Origin: Sporichthyaceae bacterium
GTDB taxonomy: Bacteria; Actinomycetota; Actinomycetes; Sporichthyales; Sporichthyaceae
Direction of reading: 5' to 3'
DNA length: 64,000 nucleotides
Assembly: GCA_052389435.1 (NCBI GenBank)
Contig: JBQTIB010000074.1
Location: 6,192-70,191, forward strand
The notes below the pieces were generated by a model. That model did no database searches. It was not told the origin of the DNA and worked only from the letters and a program-made list of their open reading frames with translations. The position numbers were made by a program, and so were the translations under genes. This document shows, one piece after another, positions 1 through 8,554 of the stretch (position 1 is the first letter of the stretch; every line of letters begins with the position of its first letter).

Positions 1-119
1 CACAGCCCCCCGTGGGTGAACTGGATGAGCACCTCGCTCTCGCGCGGCCCGTCCAGTTCGAGTTCGTGGATTTCGATGGGCTTGCCGAATTCGACGACGA
101 CGGCGGCCTTGGTCTTCAC
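1..119 (-). CDS. Zn-dependent (medium-chain) alcohol dehydrogenase, N-terminal fragment; the gene continues left of the window
   Basis: Reverse-strand GTG at 119 gives VKTKAAVVVEFGKPIEIHELELDGPRESEVLIQFTHGGL. This is the typical GroES-like N-terminus of NDMA/mycofactocin-associated alcohol dehydrogenases. The frame is open to the window edge. Confidence 0.55.
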   Translation of the reverse strand, partial: MKTKAAVVVEFGKPIEIHELELDGPRESEVLIQFTHGGL

Positions 120-165
120 CGTTGGTGCTCCTCTTCGTTGAGTGCGCGAGACGGGAGGTGCTGAG

Positions 166-465
166 TCAGGAGGTGTTGGAGTCGGGTTCGCGGCGGCGGA
201 TCATCGCCGTGTCGGCCAGGGTGGCCAGAGCGGCAGCGTAGGACGGAAGGTCCTGCTCGGATACCCCCGCCGCGACGCAGGCCTCGCGGGCGCTGGCTGC
301 GGCGCCGAGGCCCTCGACTACGGCCAGCAGCAACGGCTCCTTCAGAAAGGACAGCCGCCGGGTGTCGTAGTGGTAGAGCAGGGCCCCGAACCGCTCGGGC
401 CGGATCGCGACGCGTGGATGCAGCGCCCAGGGCGCTTCCGGATCGAAGGCGACGGTGCCGTTCAC
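166..465 (-). CDS. mftB: Mycofactocin biosynthesis peptide chaperone MftB-like (PqqD family)
   Basis: The 99-aa ORF contains RPERFGALLYHYDTRRLSFLK followed by ACVAAGVSEQDLPSYAAALATLADTAMI. This matches my recollection of the MftB signature (RPEPFGALxYHFGTRxLSFLK). GTG start. Confidence 0.7.
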   Translation of the reverse strand: MNGTVAFDPEAPWALHPRVAIRPERFGALLYHYDTRRLSFLKEPLLLAVVEGLGAAASAREACVAAGVSEQDLPSYAAALATLADTAMIRRREPDSNTS

Positions 466-598
466 CGGGCCAGGCTATGTCCCTGGTCTCCGGCCCGCAT
501 ATGCGCCGAAGCGACAACCCCACGTCGCGGGCTTGGACCGAGCGCACAGCACGTCGACCGCCCCCGCCCATCCGCGCGCACGCGCGCGGCACCGGGCC

Positions 599-940
599 CT
601 ACCCCCGCGGCGGCGCGTACACGATCACCGGCGACTGGGGGTGGACGCGGAAGGCGAGGATCAGCGCGATCACCCAGCCGAGGAGCGTCCAGCCGAGCAG
701 GAGGTTGATCCAGAACACCTGCGCCGAGCCGCGCGAGCCTCGGCTCGCGGCCAGGGCCCACGGCAGCAGGTAGCCGAGGGTGAGCAGCGCCCACAGCCAG
801 GCGTGCGAGGCGGAGAAGAACCGCCGGACGCCGCGCCGTCGGTCGGGCACGCTCTGCACGACGGTCGGCGGCGGGCCCCACTGGCCGTTGGAGTAGCTCA
901 CCGATCCATCGTCGGTCCGCCCGAGTGCCCCTGTCGACAC
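599..940 (-). CDS. Small membrane protein, superinfection-immunity (Imm_superinfect) family
   Basis: 113 aa. GYLLPWALAASRGSRGSAQVFWINLLLGWTLLGWVIALILAF matches the two-TM NxLLGWTxxGWxxALxxA motif of this family. GTG start. Confidence 0.6.
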   Translation of the reverse strand: MSTGALGRTDDGSVSYSNGQWGPPPTVVQSVPDRRRGVRRFFSASHAWLWALLTLGYLLPWALAASRGSRGSAQVFWINLLLGWTLLGWVIALILAFRVHPQSPVIVYAPPRG

Positions 941-1066
941 TGCGCGGGGAAACCAGGGTCGGTTCAGGGTTGCCGCCGCGGACTCGCCTCGAGGTCAACC
1001 GATCGACTCCGCCACGCGTCGAAGTCGAGGACCGGCGTCGTCGGTTCCCTTGGAAGGGACTTCGAC

Positions 1067-2590
1067 ATGGGACTGCGGCTGGGCCCGGCCGACCTCGGCG
1101 CAGGGAGCGCGAGGGCGAACTCGAGGTGGCTTCTCCCGCTCGCCGTCGGCCTGTCGGCGGCGCTGCTCGTCGCCGCCGGCGCTGACCCCGATGCCGTGGA
1201 CGTGCGTGCCGAGCCGACGTGCGCCGCCTCCGCCGGCCCGGGCGCGGCACCGTGGACGCGTGCCGTGACGCTCTCCGAGAACCGGACCAGCCGGAACTTC
1301 CCACAGCAACCGACACTGTCCGCCGACGGGACGACGGTCGCATTCGCCACGACGAACGGGACGAGCAACCACGTGTACGTGCGCCGCATCGAGGGCTGCA
1401 CGCTGGAAATCGCGTCGAGCACCGCGACCGGAAAGCCGGCCGACTACGCCAACACCCTCGACGTCGACCACGGCGGCGGCGAGTTCGACACCGGCTCGTT
1501 CGCCCCGTCCCTGTCCGCGGACGGCCGCCGGGTGGCCTTCCACTCCAGCGCGGTCGACCTCGTGTCCGACGACGGCAACCGCAGCGACGCCCCGAACACC
1601 GACGCCACGTTCTACGGGGAGCGCAGCGATCCGCGCACCGGGTTCGACGTGTTCGTGAAGGATCTCGAGCGCGGAACGGTCGTTCGGGCGTCGGTCGCCG
1701 CCACGGGCGAGCAGGCAAACGGCGAGTCGGTGGGCGCGTCGCTGTCCGCCGACGGAGGCACGGTCGCGTTCCTCTCCAACGCCGCCAACCTCGTTCCCGG
1801 GGACACCAACGGCACCTGGGACGTTTTCGTGAAAGACCTCGACAGCGGCGCGATCGAGCGGGTCTCGACCAGCGCCGCCGGCCGCGAGATGCGTGCCGGG
1901 GCGGCCTGTCGCGGTGGGCCCCCCTACCGGTGCGCAGCGGTGCTGTCCGCGGACGCCTCGGCCGTGGCGTTCGTGTCGGAGGCCGCCGGACTCGTGCCGG
2001 GCGATCGCAACGGTGCGGCGGACGTGTTCGTCAAGCGTGTGGGCACCGGGACCGTCGCGAGGGTCAGCGCGCCGGCGCCCGGTGGCCGGGAGCCCGGGCG
2101 AACCGACGCGGTGGGCGGCCTCGCGCTGTCCGAGACCGGCGACGTCGTCGCCTTCGGTTCCGCCGCCGCGCTGGTGGCCGAGGACCGCAACGAGCGCGGC
2201 GACGTCTTCGTCCGCGACCTGGTCTCCGGGCGGCTCGACCTGGTGTCCCGCACGCCGGCCGGCGAACCGTTCGAGGTGGATCCGGGACCGGACACCGACG
2301 GCGACCCCGAGCCCCTGCCGACGGCTCACTCGGCGTCGCTTTCGTCCGAGGGCGACGTGGTGGTTTTCCTCGCCGACGCCCCGGGCCTGATCGATGCGGA
2401 CGCGAACGCACGAACCTCCGAGGTGGTGGTCCTCGATCTGACCACGGGGGCGATGCAGTCGTTCGCCGTCGCGCGCGACTCGGATGCACCTGCGATCTCC
2501 GCCGCGCGGGACCGGATCGTCTACCTCGACGGATTCGGGGATGCAGGCGAGGTCCGGGTGGTCTCGAGGCCGCTCGACCGAGCGCTGTAG
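1067..2590 (+). CDS. Secreted PD40/TolB-like beta-propeller repeat protein
   Basis: The ATG at 1067 is followed by a hydrophobic signal-like segment (WLLPLAVGLSAALLVAAGA). The motif SADGxxVAFxSxAxxLVxxDxNxxxDVFVxDLxxG recurs many times. The upstream part of the 711-aa track ORF is Arg/Pro-rich junk. Confidence 0.7.
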   Translation: MGLRLGPADLGAGSARANSRWLLPLAVGLSAALLVAAGADPDAVDVRAEPTCAASAGPGAAPWTRAVTLSENRTSRNFPQQPTLSADGTTVAFATTNGTSNHVYVRRIEGCTLEIASSTATGKPADYANTLDVDHGGGEFDTGSFAPSLSADGRRVAFHSSAVDLVSDDGNRSDAPNTDATFYGERSDPRTGFDVFVKDLERGTVVRASVAATGEQANGESVGASLSADGGTVAFLSNAANLVPGDTNGTWDVFVKDLDSGAIERVSTSAAGREMRAGAACRGGPPYRCAAVLSADASAVAFVSEAAGLVPGDRNGAADVFVKRVGTGTVARVSAPAPGGREPGRTDAVGGLALSETGDVVAFGSAAALVAEDRNERGDVFVRDLVSGRLDLVSRTPAGEPFEVDPGPDTDGDPEPLPTAHSASLSSEGDVVVFLADAPGLIDADANARTSEVVVLDLTTGAMQSFAVARDSDAPAISAARDRIVYLDGFGDAGEVRVVSRPLDRAL

Positions 2591-2615
2591 CTCACCCTGT
2601 GGCGGACGCCAGGTG

Positions 2616-3392
2616 TCAGGTGTTGCGCTCGAAGATCAGGCGCAGGCCCACGAGGGTGAGCCACGGCTCGTGCTTGTCGATCGTCGCGGCCTCGCCGAAG
2701 ACGACGGGTGCGAGGCCGCCGGTCGCGACGACCGTCACCGAGTCGGGGTCGTCGGAGAGTTCGGCGGCCATGCGGTCGACGATGCCGTCGACCTGGCCGG
2801 CGAAGCCGTAGAGGATGCCGGCCTGCATGGCCTCGACGGTGCTCTTGCCGATGACCGAACGCGGGCGGGCGAGTTCGACCTTGCGCAGTTGCGCGCCCTT
2901 GGCGCCGAGGGCCTCGGTCGAGATCTCGATGCCGGGCGCGATGGCGCCGCCGACGTACTCGCCCTTGGCGGACACGGCGTCGAAGGTGGTGGCGGTGCCG
3001 AAGTCGACGACGATGCACGGGCCGCCGTAGAGGTGGGCGGCGGCGAGCGCGTTGACGATGCGGTCCGCGCCGACCTCCTTCGGGTTGTCCATCAGGATCG
3101 GAACACCGGTGCGGATGCCGGGTTCGACGACGACCGTCGGCACCTCGGCCAGGTAGCGCTTGGTCATCTGGCGCAGCTCGTGCAGGACCGAGGGAACGGT
3201 CGAGCAGATCGCAAGGCCGGTGACCAGCGAGGAGCAGTTGCCCTTCTTCGACAGCAGCGCGGACATCAGCACCATGAGCTCGTCGGCGGTGCGCCGCGAG
3301 TCGGTGGAGATGCGCCAGGTGTCGGCGATCGTCGGGCCGTCGAACAGGCCGAGCACCGTGTGGGTGTTGCCGACGTCGATGGTGAGCAGCAT
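2616..3392 (-). CDS. coaX: Type III pantothenate kinase
   Basis: MLLTIDVGNTHTVLGLF...PKEVGADRIVNALAA...VVDFGTATTFDAVSAKGEYVGGAIAPG. Close to mycobacterial CoaX over the full length. Confidence 0.92.
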   Translation of the reverse strand: MLLTIDVGNTHTVLGLFDGPTIADTWRISTDSRRTADELMVLMSALLSKKGNCSSLVTGLAICSTVPSVLHELRQMTKRYLAEVPTVVVEPGIRTGVPILMDNPKEVGADRIVNALAAAHLYGGPCIVVDFGTATTFDAVSAKGEYVGGAIAPGIEISTEALGAKGAQLRKVELARPRSVIGKSTVEAMQAGILYGFAGQVDGIVDRMAAELSDDPDSVTVVATGGLAPVVFGEAATIDKHEPWLTLVGLRLIFERNT

Positions 3393-3395
3393 CGC

Positions 3396-5960
3396 TCAGG
3401 CCTCCACGGTGTTGTTGCTCGCCGGCGGCGAAGGTGTGCGCAGATCCAAGGCGACGTCGAGCACGGGCGCGGAGTGGGTGAGCGCCCCGACGGAGATGTA
3501 GTCGACACCGGTGGCGGCGACCGCGGCGGCGTCGGCGAAGGTCAGCCCACCGCTGGCCTCCAGTCGCGCGCGACCTCGGTTTCGGCCGACGGCTTCGCGC
3601 ATCTGAGCCGGCGTGAAGTTGTCGAGCAGCACCATGTCGGCGCCGGCGGCGAGGACCTCGTCGAATTGGTCGAGGGAGTCGACCTCGATCTCGATGGGCA
3701 CGTCGGGGAACTGGGCGCGGACCCGTTCCAGCGCCGGCACGACGCCGCCGGCGGCAACGACGTGGTTGTCCTTGATCAGGGCCTCGTCCCACAGCGCCAT
3801 GCGGTGGTTGACCCCGCCGCCGCAGCGGACGGCGTACTTCTCCAGCAGGCGCAGGCCCGGGGTGGTCTTGCGGGTGTCGCGGACCCGGGCACCGGTGCCC
3901 TCGAGGGCGTCGGCCCAGCGGCGGGTCGCGGTCGCGACCCCGCACATGCGCCCGAACAGGTTCAGCGCGGTGCGCTCGGCGACGAGCAGGTCCCGGGTGC
4001 GGCCGCGGAAGGTCAGGACGACGTCGCCGGCCTTGACCCGCTCGCCGTCCTTGGCGAAGCGTTCCACGACGATCTCCCCGCCGGTCACCAGTTCGAAGAC
4101 GGCGCGGGCGACGGCGAGCCCGGCGAGGACGCCGTCGGCGCGGATCACCAGGTCCGCGGCGCCGACCTGGTCGGCCGGGACGGTCGAGACGCTGGTGACG
4201 TCCTGACGCCCCGTCGGAAGATCTTCGGCGAGCGCGCGGTCGGCGATCGCGAGGACCTCGGCGACGGGCAGTCCCGCATCGGACAGTTCCATGCGCAGCG
4301 CGGCCGACGGCACGGCCGAGGGCGGTTCGGCGATGCCGGTGGCGCCCATGCCGAGGACGCCGTCGACGACGAACAGGTCGAGGTGCCCGCGCCAGCCGTC
4401 GTCGTCGCGCAGCGGGAAGTCCTCGCGCCAGTGCGAGCCGCGGGTCTCCTGCCGGGCCTTGGCCGCCGCGACCAGGGCGGTCGCGACGATGTGCAGGTTC
4501 GTGGTCTCCCACGCCTCGACGCCGGGCACGCCGCGGCGACGATCGGCGAGCGCCTCGAGCGCGGCGGCGGTGGCTGCGAGGCCCTCGCGGTTGCGCAGTA
4601 CGCCTGCGCCCTTGCTCATCAGACGCTGCAGGTCCGGGCGGGCGTTGCCGTCGATCAGGCCGGCGGTGCGCCGATCCGGGGCCGGGGTGCGCTTGGGCGG
4701 AAGGTCGGTCACGAGCGTCGCCGCGATGCGCTCGGCGAAGACCATACCTTCGAGCAGCGAGTTCGACGCGAGCCGGTTCGCGCCGTGCACGCCGGAGCAC
4801 GCGGCCTCGCCGCAGGCGTAGAGCCCGGGAACGCTGGAGCGGCCGTACAGGTCGGTGCGGACGCCACCGGAGGCGTAGTGGCAGGCGGGGACGACGGGGA
4901 TGAGGGCGGTGACCGGGTCGATGCCGTGGTCCCGGCAGGACTTCAGAATGCTCGGGAAGCGGGTGGCCCACATCGCCTCGCCGAACCCGCGAGCGTCGAG
5001 CCACACGTGCGGGGTGCCCATCTCCTGCATCGTGCGCAGAATCTGCTTGGCGACGACGCTGCGCGGGGCGAGGTCGGCGAGTTCGTGGACGCCCTGCATG
5101 AACGGGCGGCCGGCCGCGTCGAGGAGCTTGGCGCCTTCGCCGCGGACGGCCTCGGAGATCAGCGGCTGCTGACCCGCGGGGTCCTCGCCGAGCCACAGGA
5201 CGGTGGGGTGGAACTGGACGAACTCCAGGTCTCGGACCAGGGCGCCGGCGCGCAGGGCCATGGCGGTGCCGTCGCCGGTGGCGACGGCGGGGTTGGTGGT
5301 CGCGGAGTAGATCTGCCCGAGGCCGCCGGTGGCGAGCACGACCGCCCGGCAGGCGATCGCGCCGACGCCGTCGCGCTGGCCCTCGCCCATGACGTGAAGG
5401 GTGATGCCCGCGACCCCGCCGTCCTCGGCGAGCTGCAGGTCCAGGGCGAGCGCGTGCTCGATCACCTCGATCCGCGGCTCGGCGTGCAGCGCGTCGACCA
5501 GGGAGCGTTGGATCTCCGCGCCGGTCGCGTCGCCGCCGGCGTGGGCGATGCGGCGGCGGTGGTGGCCGCCTTCCAGGGTGAGGGCGAGTTCGCCGTCGGC
5601 CTCGAGGTCGAAGACGGCGCCGCCGGCGATGAGGCGGCGGACCGCGGCCGGGCCCTCGGTGACCAGGACGCGGACGGCGTCGGTGTCGCAGAGTCCGTCG
5701 CCGGCGGCGATGGTGTCCCGCAGGTGTTCCTCCGGGCTGTCGCCGGGGCCGAGCGCGGCGGCGATGCCGCCCTGCGCCCACTGCGTCGAGCCCGCGGACA
5801 GCACGTCCTTGGTGATCAGCATGACCGGGCCGACGTCGGGTGGCAGCGCGGCCGCCGCCCGTAGCGCGATGGTCAGCCCGGCGATGCCGGAGCCGACGAC
5901 CACGACCGAGGCCTCGGTCGTCCATCCGGGGTCGGACGCGGCGAGGCGGGCAGGGAACAT
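3396..5960 (-). CDS. nadB: L-aspartate oxidase (NadB) fused in frame to nicotinate-nucleotide pyrophosphorylase (NadC)
   Basis: A single 854-aa ORF with no stop. The N-terminal 545 aa or so carry the FAD-binding VVVVGSGIAGL and the GGLGQIY/HPT/RLASNSL motifs of NadB. From Met557 (codon at 4292..4290) the sequence MELSDAGLPVAEVLAIADRALAEDLPTGRQDVTS...DNHV...GVDYISVGALTHS is a full NadC. Confidence 0.85.
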   Translation of the reverse strand: MFPARLAASDPGWTTEASVVVVGSGIAGLTIALRAAAALPPDVGPVMLITKDVLSAGSTQWAQGGIAAALGPGDSPEEHLRDTIAAGDGLCDTDAVRVLVTEGPAAVRRLIAGGAVFDLEADGELALTLEGGHHRRRIAHAGGDATGAEIQRSLVDALHAEPRIEVIEHALALDLQLAEDGGVAGITLHVMGEGQRDGVGAIACRAVVLATGGLGQIYSATTNPAVATGDGTAMALRAGALVRDLEFVQFHPTVLWLGEDPAGQQPLISEAVRGEGAKLLDAAGRPFMQGVHELADLAPRSVVAKQILRTMQEMGTPHVWLDARGFGEAMWATRFPSILKSCRDHGIDPVTALIPVVPACHYASGGVRTDLYGRSSVPGLYACGEAACSGVHGANRLASNSLLEGMVFAERIAATLVTDLPPKRTPAPDRRTAGLIDGNARPDLQRLMSKGAGVLRNREGLAATAAALEALADRRRGVPGVEAWETTNLHIVATALVAAAKARQETRGSHWREDFPLRDDDGWRGHLDLFVVDGVLGMGATGIAEPPSAVPSAALRMELSDAGLPVAEVLAIADRALAEDLPTGRQDVTSVSTVPADQVGAADLVIRADGVLAGLAVARAVFELVTGGEIVVERFAKDGERVKAGDVVLTFRGRTRDLLVAERTALNLFGRMCGVATATRRWADALEGTGARVRDTRKTTPGLRLLEKYAVRCGGGVNHRMALWDEALIKDNHVVAAGGVVPALERVRAQFPDVPIEIEVDSLDQFDEVLAAGADMVLLDNFTPAQMREAVGRNRGRARLEASGGLTFADAAAVAATGVDYISVGALTHSAPVLDVALDLRTPSPPASNNTVEA

Positions 5961-5973
5961 CGGGAGAGGCTAC

Positions 5974-6501
5974 TTAGCCGTGGTGCTGCGGGTTCGTGCG
6001 GTGCAGGAGCGGCGAGTCGACGGAGTGCGCGGCCGCGAGCGGGTTCGCGCGCTGCATGAGCGGGGAGTCGACCGGGTCGTAGAGGCCGTCGCCGCGCAGG
6101 TCGCCGCGGGCGGTGCCGACGCCGGGAACCGGAGCGGCCGGGTCGCCGTCGATGACGACGATGTTGTTGCGACCGTCCACGTGCACGACGGTCGGCTTGA
6201 GCTCGCGGGCCTCGCGGTCGCCGACGCCCATGTAGCTGATGATGATCACCAGGTCGCCGGGCGCGACGAGGCGGGCGGCGGCGCCGTTGATGCCGATGAC
6301 GCCGGAGCCGCGAACTCCGGGGATCACGTAGGTCTCCAGGCGGGCGCCGTTGTCGATGTCGACGATCGCGACCTGTTCGCCGGGGAGCAGGTCCGCGGCC
6401 TCCATGAGGTCCTCGTCGATGGTGACCGAGCCGACGTAGTGCAGGTCGGCCTGCGTCACGGTCGCGCGGTGGATCTTCGACTTGAGCATCGTGCGGAACA
6501 T
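5974..6501 (-). CDS. panD: Aspartate 1-decarboxylase with a C-terminal extension
   Basis: [44 protein letters not shown]... including the self-processing G-S site. About 35 extra C-terminal residues. Confidence 0.9.
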   Translation of the reverse strand: MFRTMLKSKIHRATVTQADLHYVGSVTIDEDLMEAADLLPGEQVAIVDIDNGARLETYVIPGVRGSGVIGINGAAARLVAPGDLVIIISYMGVGDREARELKPTVVHVDGRNNIVVIDGDPAAPVPGVGTARGDLRGDGLYDPVDSPLMQRANPLAAAHSVDSPLLHRTNPQHHG

Positions 6502-7358
6502 CAGATGGTCCCTTCGGAGGTAAGGGCCGGTGCGAGGGTGAGCGGGAGGTTGTCGATCAGGCGGGTGGTGCCGGTGCGTGCGGCGACGAGCAGCCTTGCC
6601 GGTCCGAACTGCGGCGCAGGACCGAGGTCGGGGGCGTGCAGCGCGAGGTAGTCGAGAACGAGGGCAGGGGCCTTGGCGAGTTCGGCGTGGGCCGCGGCCA
6701 ATACGGCAGCAGGCCCGTCGGGACCGGCGTCGGCGCCGGCTCGCAGGGCCCGGGAGAGCGCGACGGCGTCCGCGCGCTGGGTGGCGTCCAGATACCGGTT
6801 GCGGCTGGACCTAGCCAATCCGTCGTCCTCGCGCACAGTCGGCACGGGGCGGATTTTCACGTCGAGGTCGAGGTCGTCGACCATCTGCGAGATCAAGGCT
6901 AGCTGCTGGTAGTCCTTCTCTCCGAAGTAGGCCACCTGGGGGCCGGTCAGGTGCAGCAGTTTGAGCACGACGGTCAGCACGCCGTCGAAGTGCCCGGGCC
7001 TGCTGGCGCCTTCCAGGATGGTCGCGATCGGGCCCGCGCCGACGATCGTCGCGGGGCGCCCGTTCGGATAGAGCTCGGGCTCGCCGGGGGCGAACAGCAC
7101 GTCGACGCCGCTGGCTCGGCAGAGCTGCAGGTCCGCCTCGAACGTGCGCGGGTACTTTGCGAGGTCCTCGTTCGGGCCGAACTGCAGCGGGTTGACGAAG
7201 ATCGTCGCGACGACGCTCGCGCACTCCGCACGGGCCGTTCGCATGAGCTCGGCGTGCCCGTCGTGCAGGGCGCCCATGGTCATGACGACGCCGCGGGGCG
7301 CGGACAGGTCGGCGAGGGCCTTGGCGAGGTCCTCGCGGGTGCGTACGACGACGGTCAT
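6501..7358 (-). CDS. panC: Pantoate--beta-alanine ligase
   Basis: Starting at the ATG at 7358: [11 protein letters not shown]...[16 protein letters not shown]...[19 protein letters not shown]...FGEKDYQQL. The 622-aa track ORF is an artefactual upstream extension. Confidence 0.9.
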   Translation of the reverse strand: MTVVVRTREDLAKALADLSAPRGVVMTMGALHDGHAELMRTARAECASVVATIFVNPLQFGPNEDLAKYPRTFEADLQLCRASGVDVLFAPGEPELYPNGRPATIVGAGPIATILEGASRPGHFDGVLTVVLKLLHLTGPQVAYFGEKDYQQLALISQMVDDLDLDVKIRPVPTVREDDGLARSSRNRYLDATQRADAVALSRALRAGADAGPDGPAAVLAAAHAELAKAPALVLDYLALHAPDLGPAPQFGPARLLVAARTGTTRLIDNLPLTLAPALTSEGTI

Positions 7359-8296
7359 CGGTCTCCTCCCTCGCCGGCCGGTCGGGCCTGGAAGGGGTGG
7401 GCGCCGCCGAGGGCGCCGAGGAGGCGCTCGGCGTCGGAGGGGTTCAGCCGGCCGGCGGCGAGGGCACGGTCGGCGGTCAGCCGGGCCATGGCGACGTAGG
7501 CGGCGGCGGCCTGCGGGGACTGGCCGGCGATGGCGCCGACGTGCTCGGCGACGGTGCCGGCGTCGCCGCGTGCGACCGGGCCGGTGAGGGCGGCGTCCCC
7601 GGCGCGCAGGGCGTTGTCGAGCGAGGCGCCGAGCAGCGGGCCCAGCAGTCGCGCGGGGTGTTCGACGCCGGCGGTCCGCAGGAGGTCCATCGACTGGGCG
7701 ACGAGGGTGACGAGATGGTTGGAGCCGTTGGCCAGGGCGGCGTGGTAGAGCACGCGGTGCTCCTCGGCCACCCACTGCGGTTCCGAGCCCATCTCCAGCA
7801 CGAGCGCCTCGGCGACCGGGCGGAGCGGTTCGGGGGCGGTGATGCCGAAGCTGGCGCCGTCGAGCCGCGCGAGATCGACCCGCGTGCCGGTGAAGGTCAT
7901 CGCCGGGTGCAGGGCCAGCGGCAGGGCGCCCCTCCTGGTGAGCGGCTCGAGGACGGCGGTGCCGAAGCGGCCGCTGGTGTGGGCGACGAGGGTGCCGGTA
8001 CGCAGCACGTCGGCCTCGGCCAGCCCTTCCACGAGGCCCTCGAGGACGTCGTCGGGGACGGCGACCAGCAGCAGGTCGGCGGCGACGGCGACGGCGTACG
8101 GGTCGACGGTCTCGCCGAGGCCGAGGAGGTCGGCCGCGCGCTCGCGGCTGGCCCGGCTGACGCCGCTGGCCGCGACGACCGTGTGGCCGACCCGGGCGAG
8201 GGCTGCGCCGAGCACGGCCCCGACCCGGCCGGCGCCGAGGACTCCCACGGCGAGGCGAGCGGGACGCGCGGAGGCGCCGCTGTGTGCTGCGTTCAT
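7355..8296 (-). CDS. Rossmann-like / DUF2520 domain protein (Rv3603c-type, usually upstream of panC)
   Basis: [25 protein letters not shown]-binding fold plus a DUF2520-like C-terminus ([12 protein letters not shown]). Its stop overlaps the panC start (ATGA). Confidence 0.75.
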   Translation of the reverse strand: MNAAHSGASARPARLAVGVLGAGRVGAVLGAALARVGHTVVAASGVSRASRERAADLLGLGETVDPYAVAVAADLLLVAVPDDVLEGLVEGLAEADVLRTGTLVAHTSGRFGTAVLEPLTRRGALPLALHPAMTFTGTRVDLARLDGASFGITAPEPLRPVAEALVLEMGSEPQWVAEEHRVLYHAALANGSNHLVTLVAQSMDLLRTAGVEHPARLLGPLLGASLDNALRAGDAALTGPVARGDAGTVAEHVGAIAGQSPQAAAAYVAMARLTADRALAAGRLNPSDAERLLGALGGAHPFQARPAGEGGDR

Positions 8297-8554
8297 TGCC
8301 TGCGTTCCAGTCCTCTTGGGGTACCGGACGATGTGTTGGCGACGTCGAGTGTAAGGCCGCGGGTCTCACGTTTGTTCCGTGATCGGGTCACAGACCAACC
8401 GTCGGTGCGTCACACCCGAGCGCGTCGCCGTCGGCTGTCGCCACACCAAAGGGGCGGATGGGGTTGATGTTGCTGTTGATAGCAAAGTGAGGTTTGGGGG
8501 ATTTGTGGCTGATGCGGCCTTAGAGGCTTTGCATACGGAGGAGGAAGGTCGGTA
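8297..8554. promoter_or_regulatory. Divergent intergenic region (DUF2520-panC operon versus the LuxR regulator)
   Basis: A 258-bp non-coding gap between divergently oriented genes with visibly lower G+C. A strong SD (GGAGGAGGAAGG) ends 6 nt before the GTG at 8555. No promoter hexamers were assigned. Confidence 0.4.

Noticed and set aside
466-598. A possible mftA precursor gene upstream of the mftB-like gene
   Set aside because: All three minus-strand frames were translated by hand. No short acidic peptide ending in GVY (or any C-terminal Val-Tyr) exists. The only candidate (VLCARSKPATWGCRFGAYAGRRPGT) is basic and continues 8 residues past the Tyr.
2484-5925. Very long ORFs antisense to or overlapping coaX/nadBC (1126 aa on the plus strand, 1134 aa on the minus strand in another frame)
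   Set aside because: Their translations are Arg/Gly/Pro/Ala-rich with no recognisable motifs. They overlap genes with unambiguous homology-like signatures. This is the typical open-frame artefact of very high G+C DNA.
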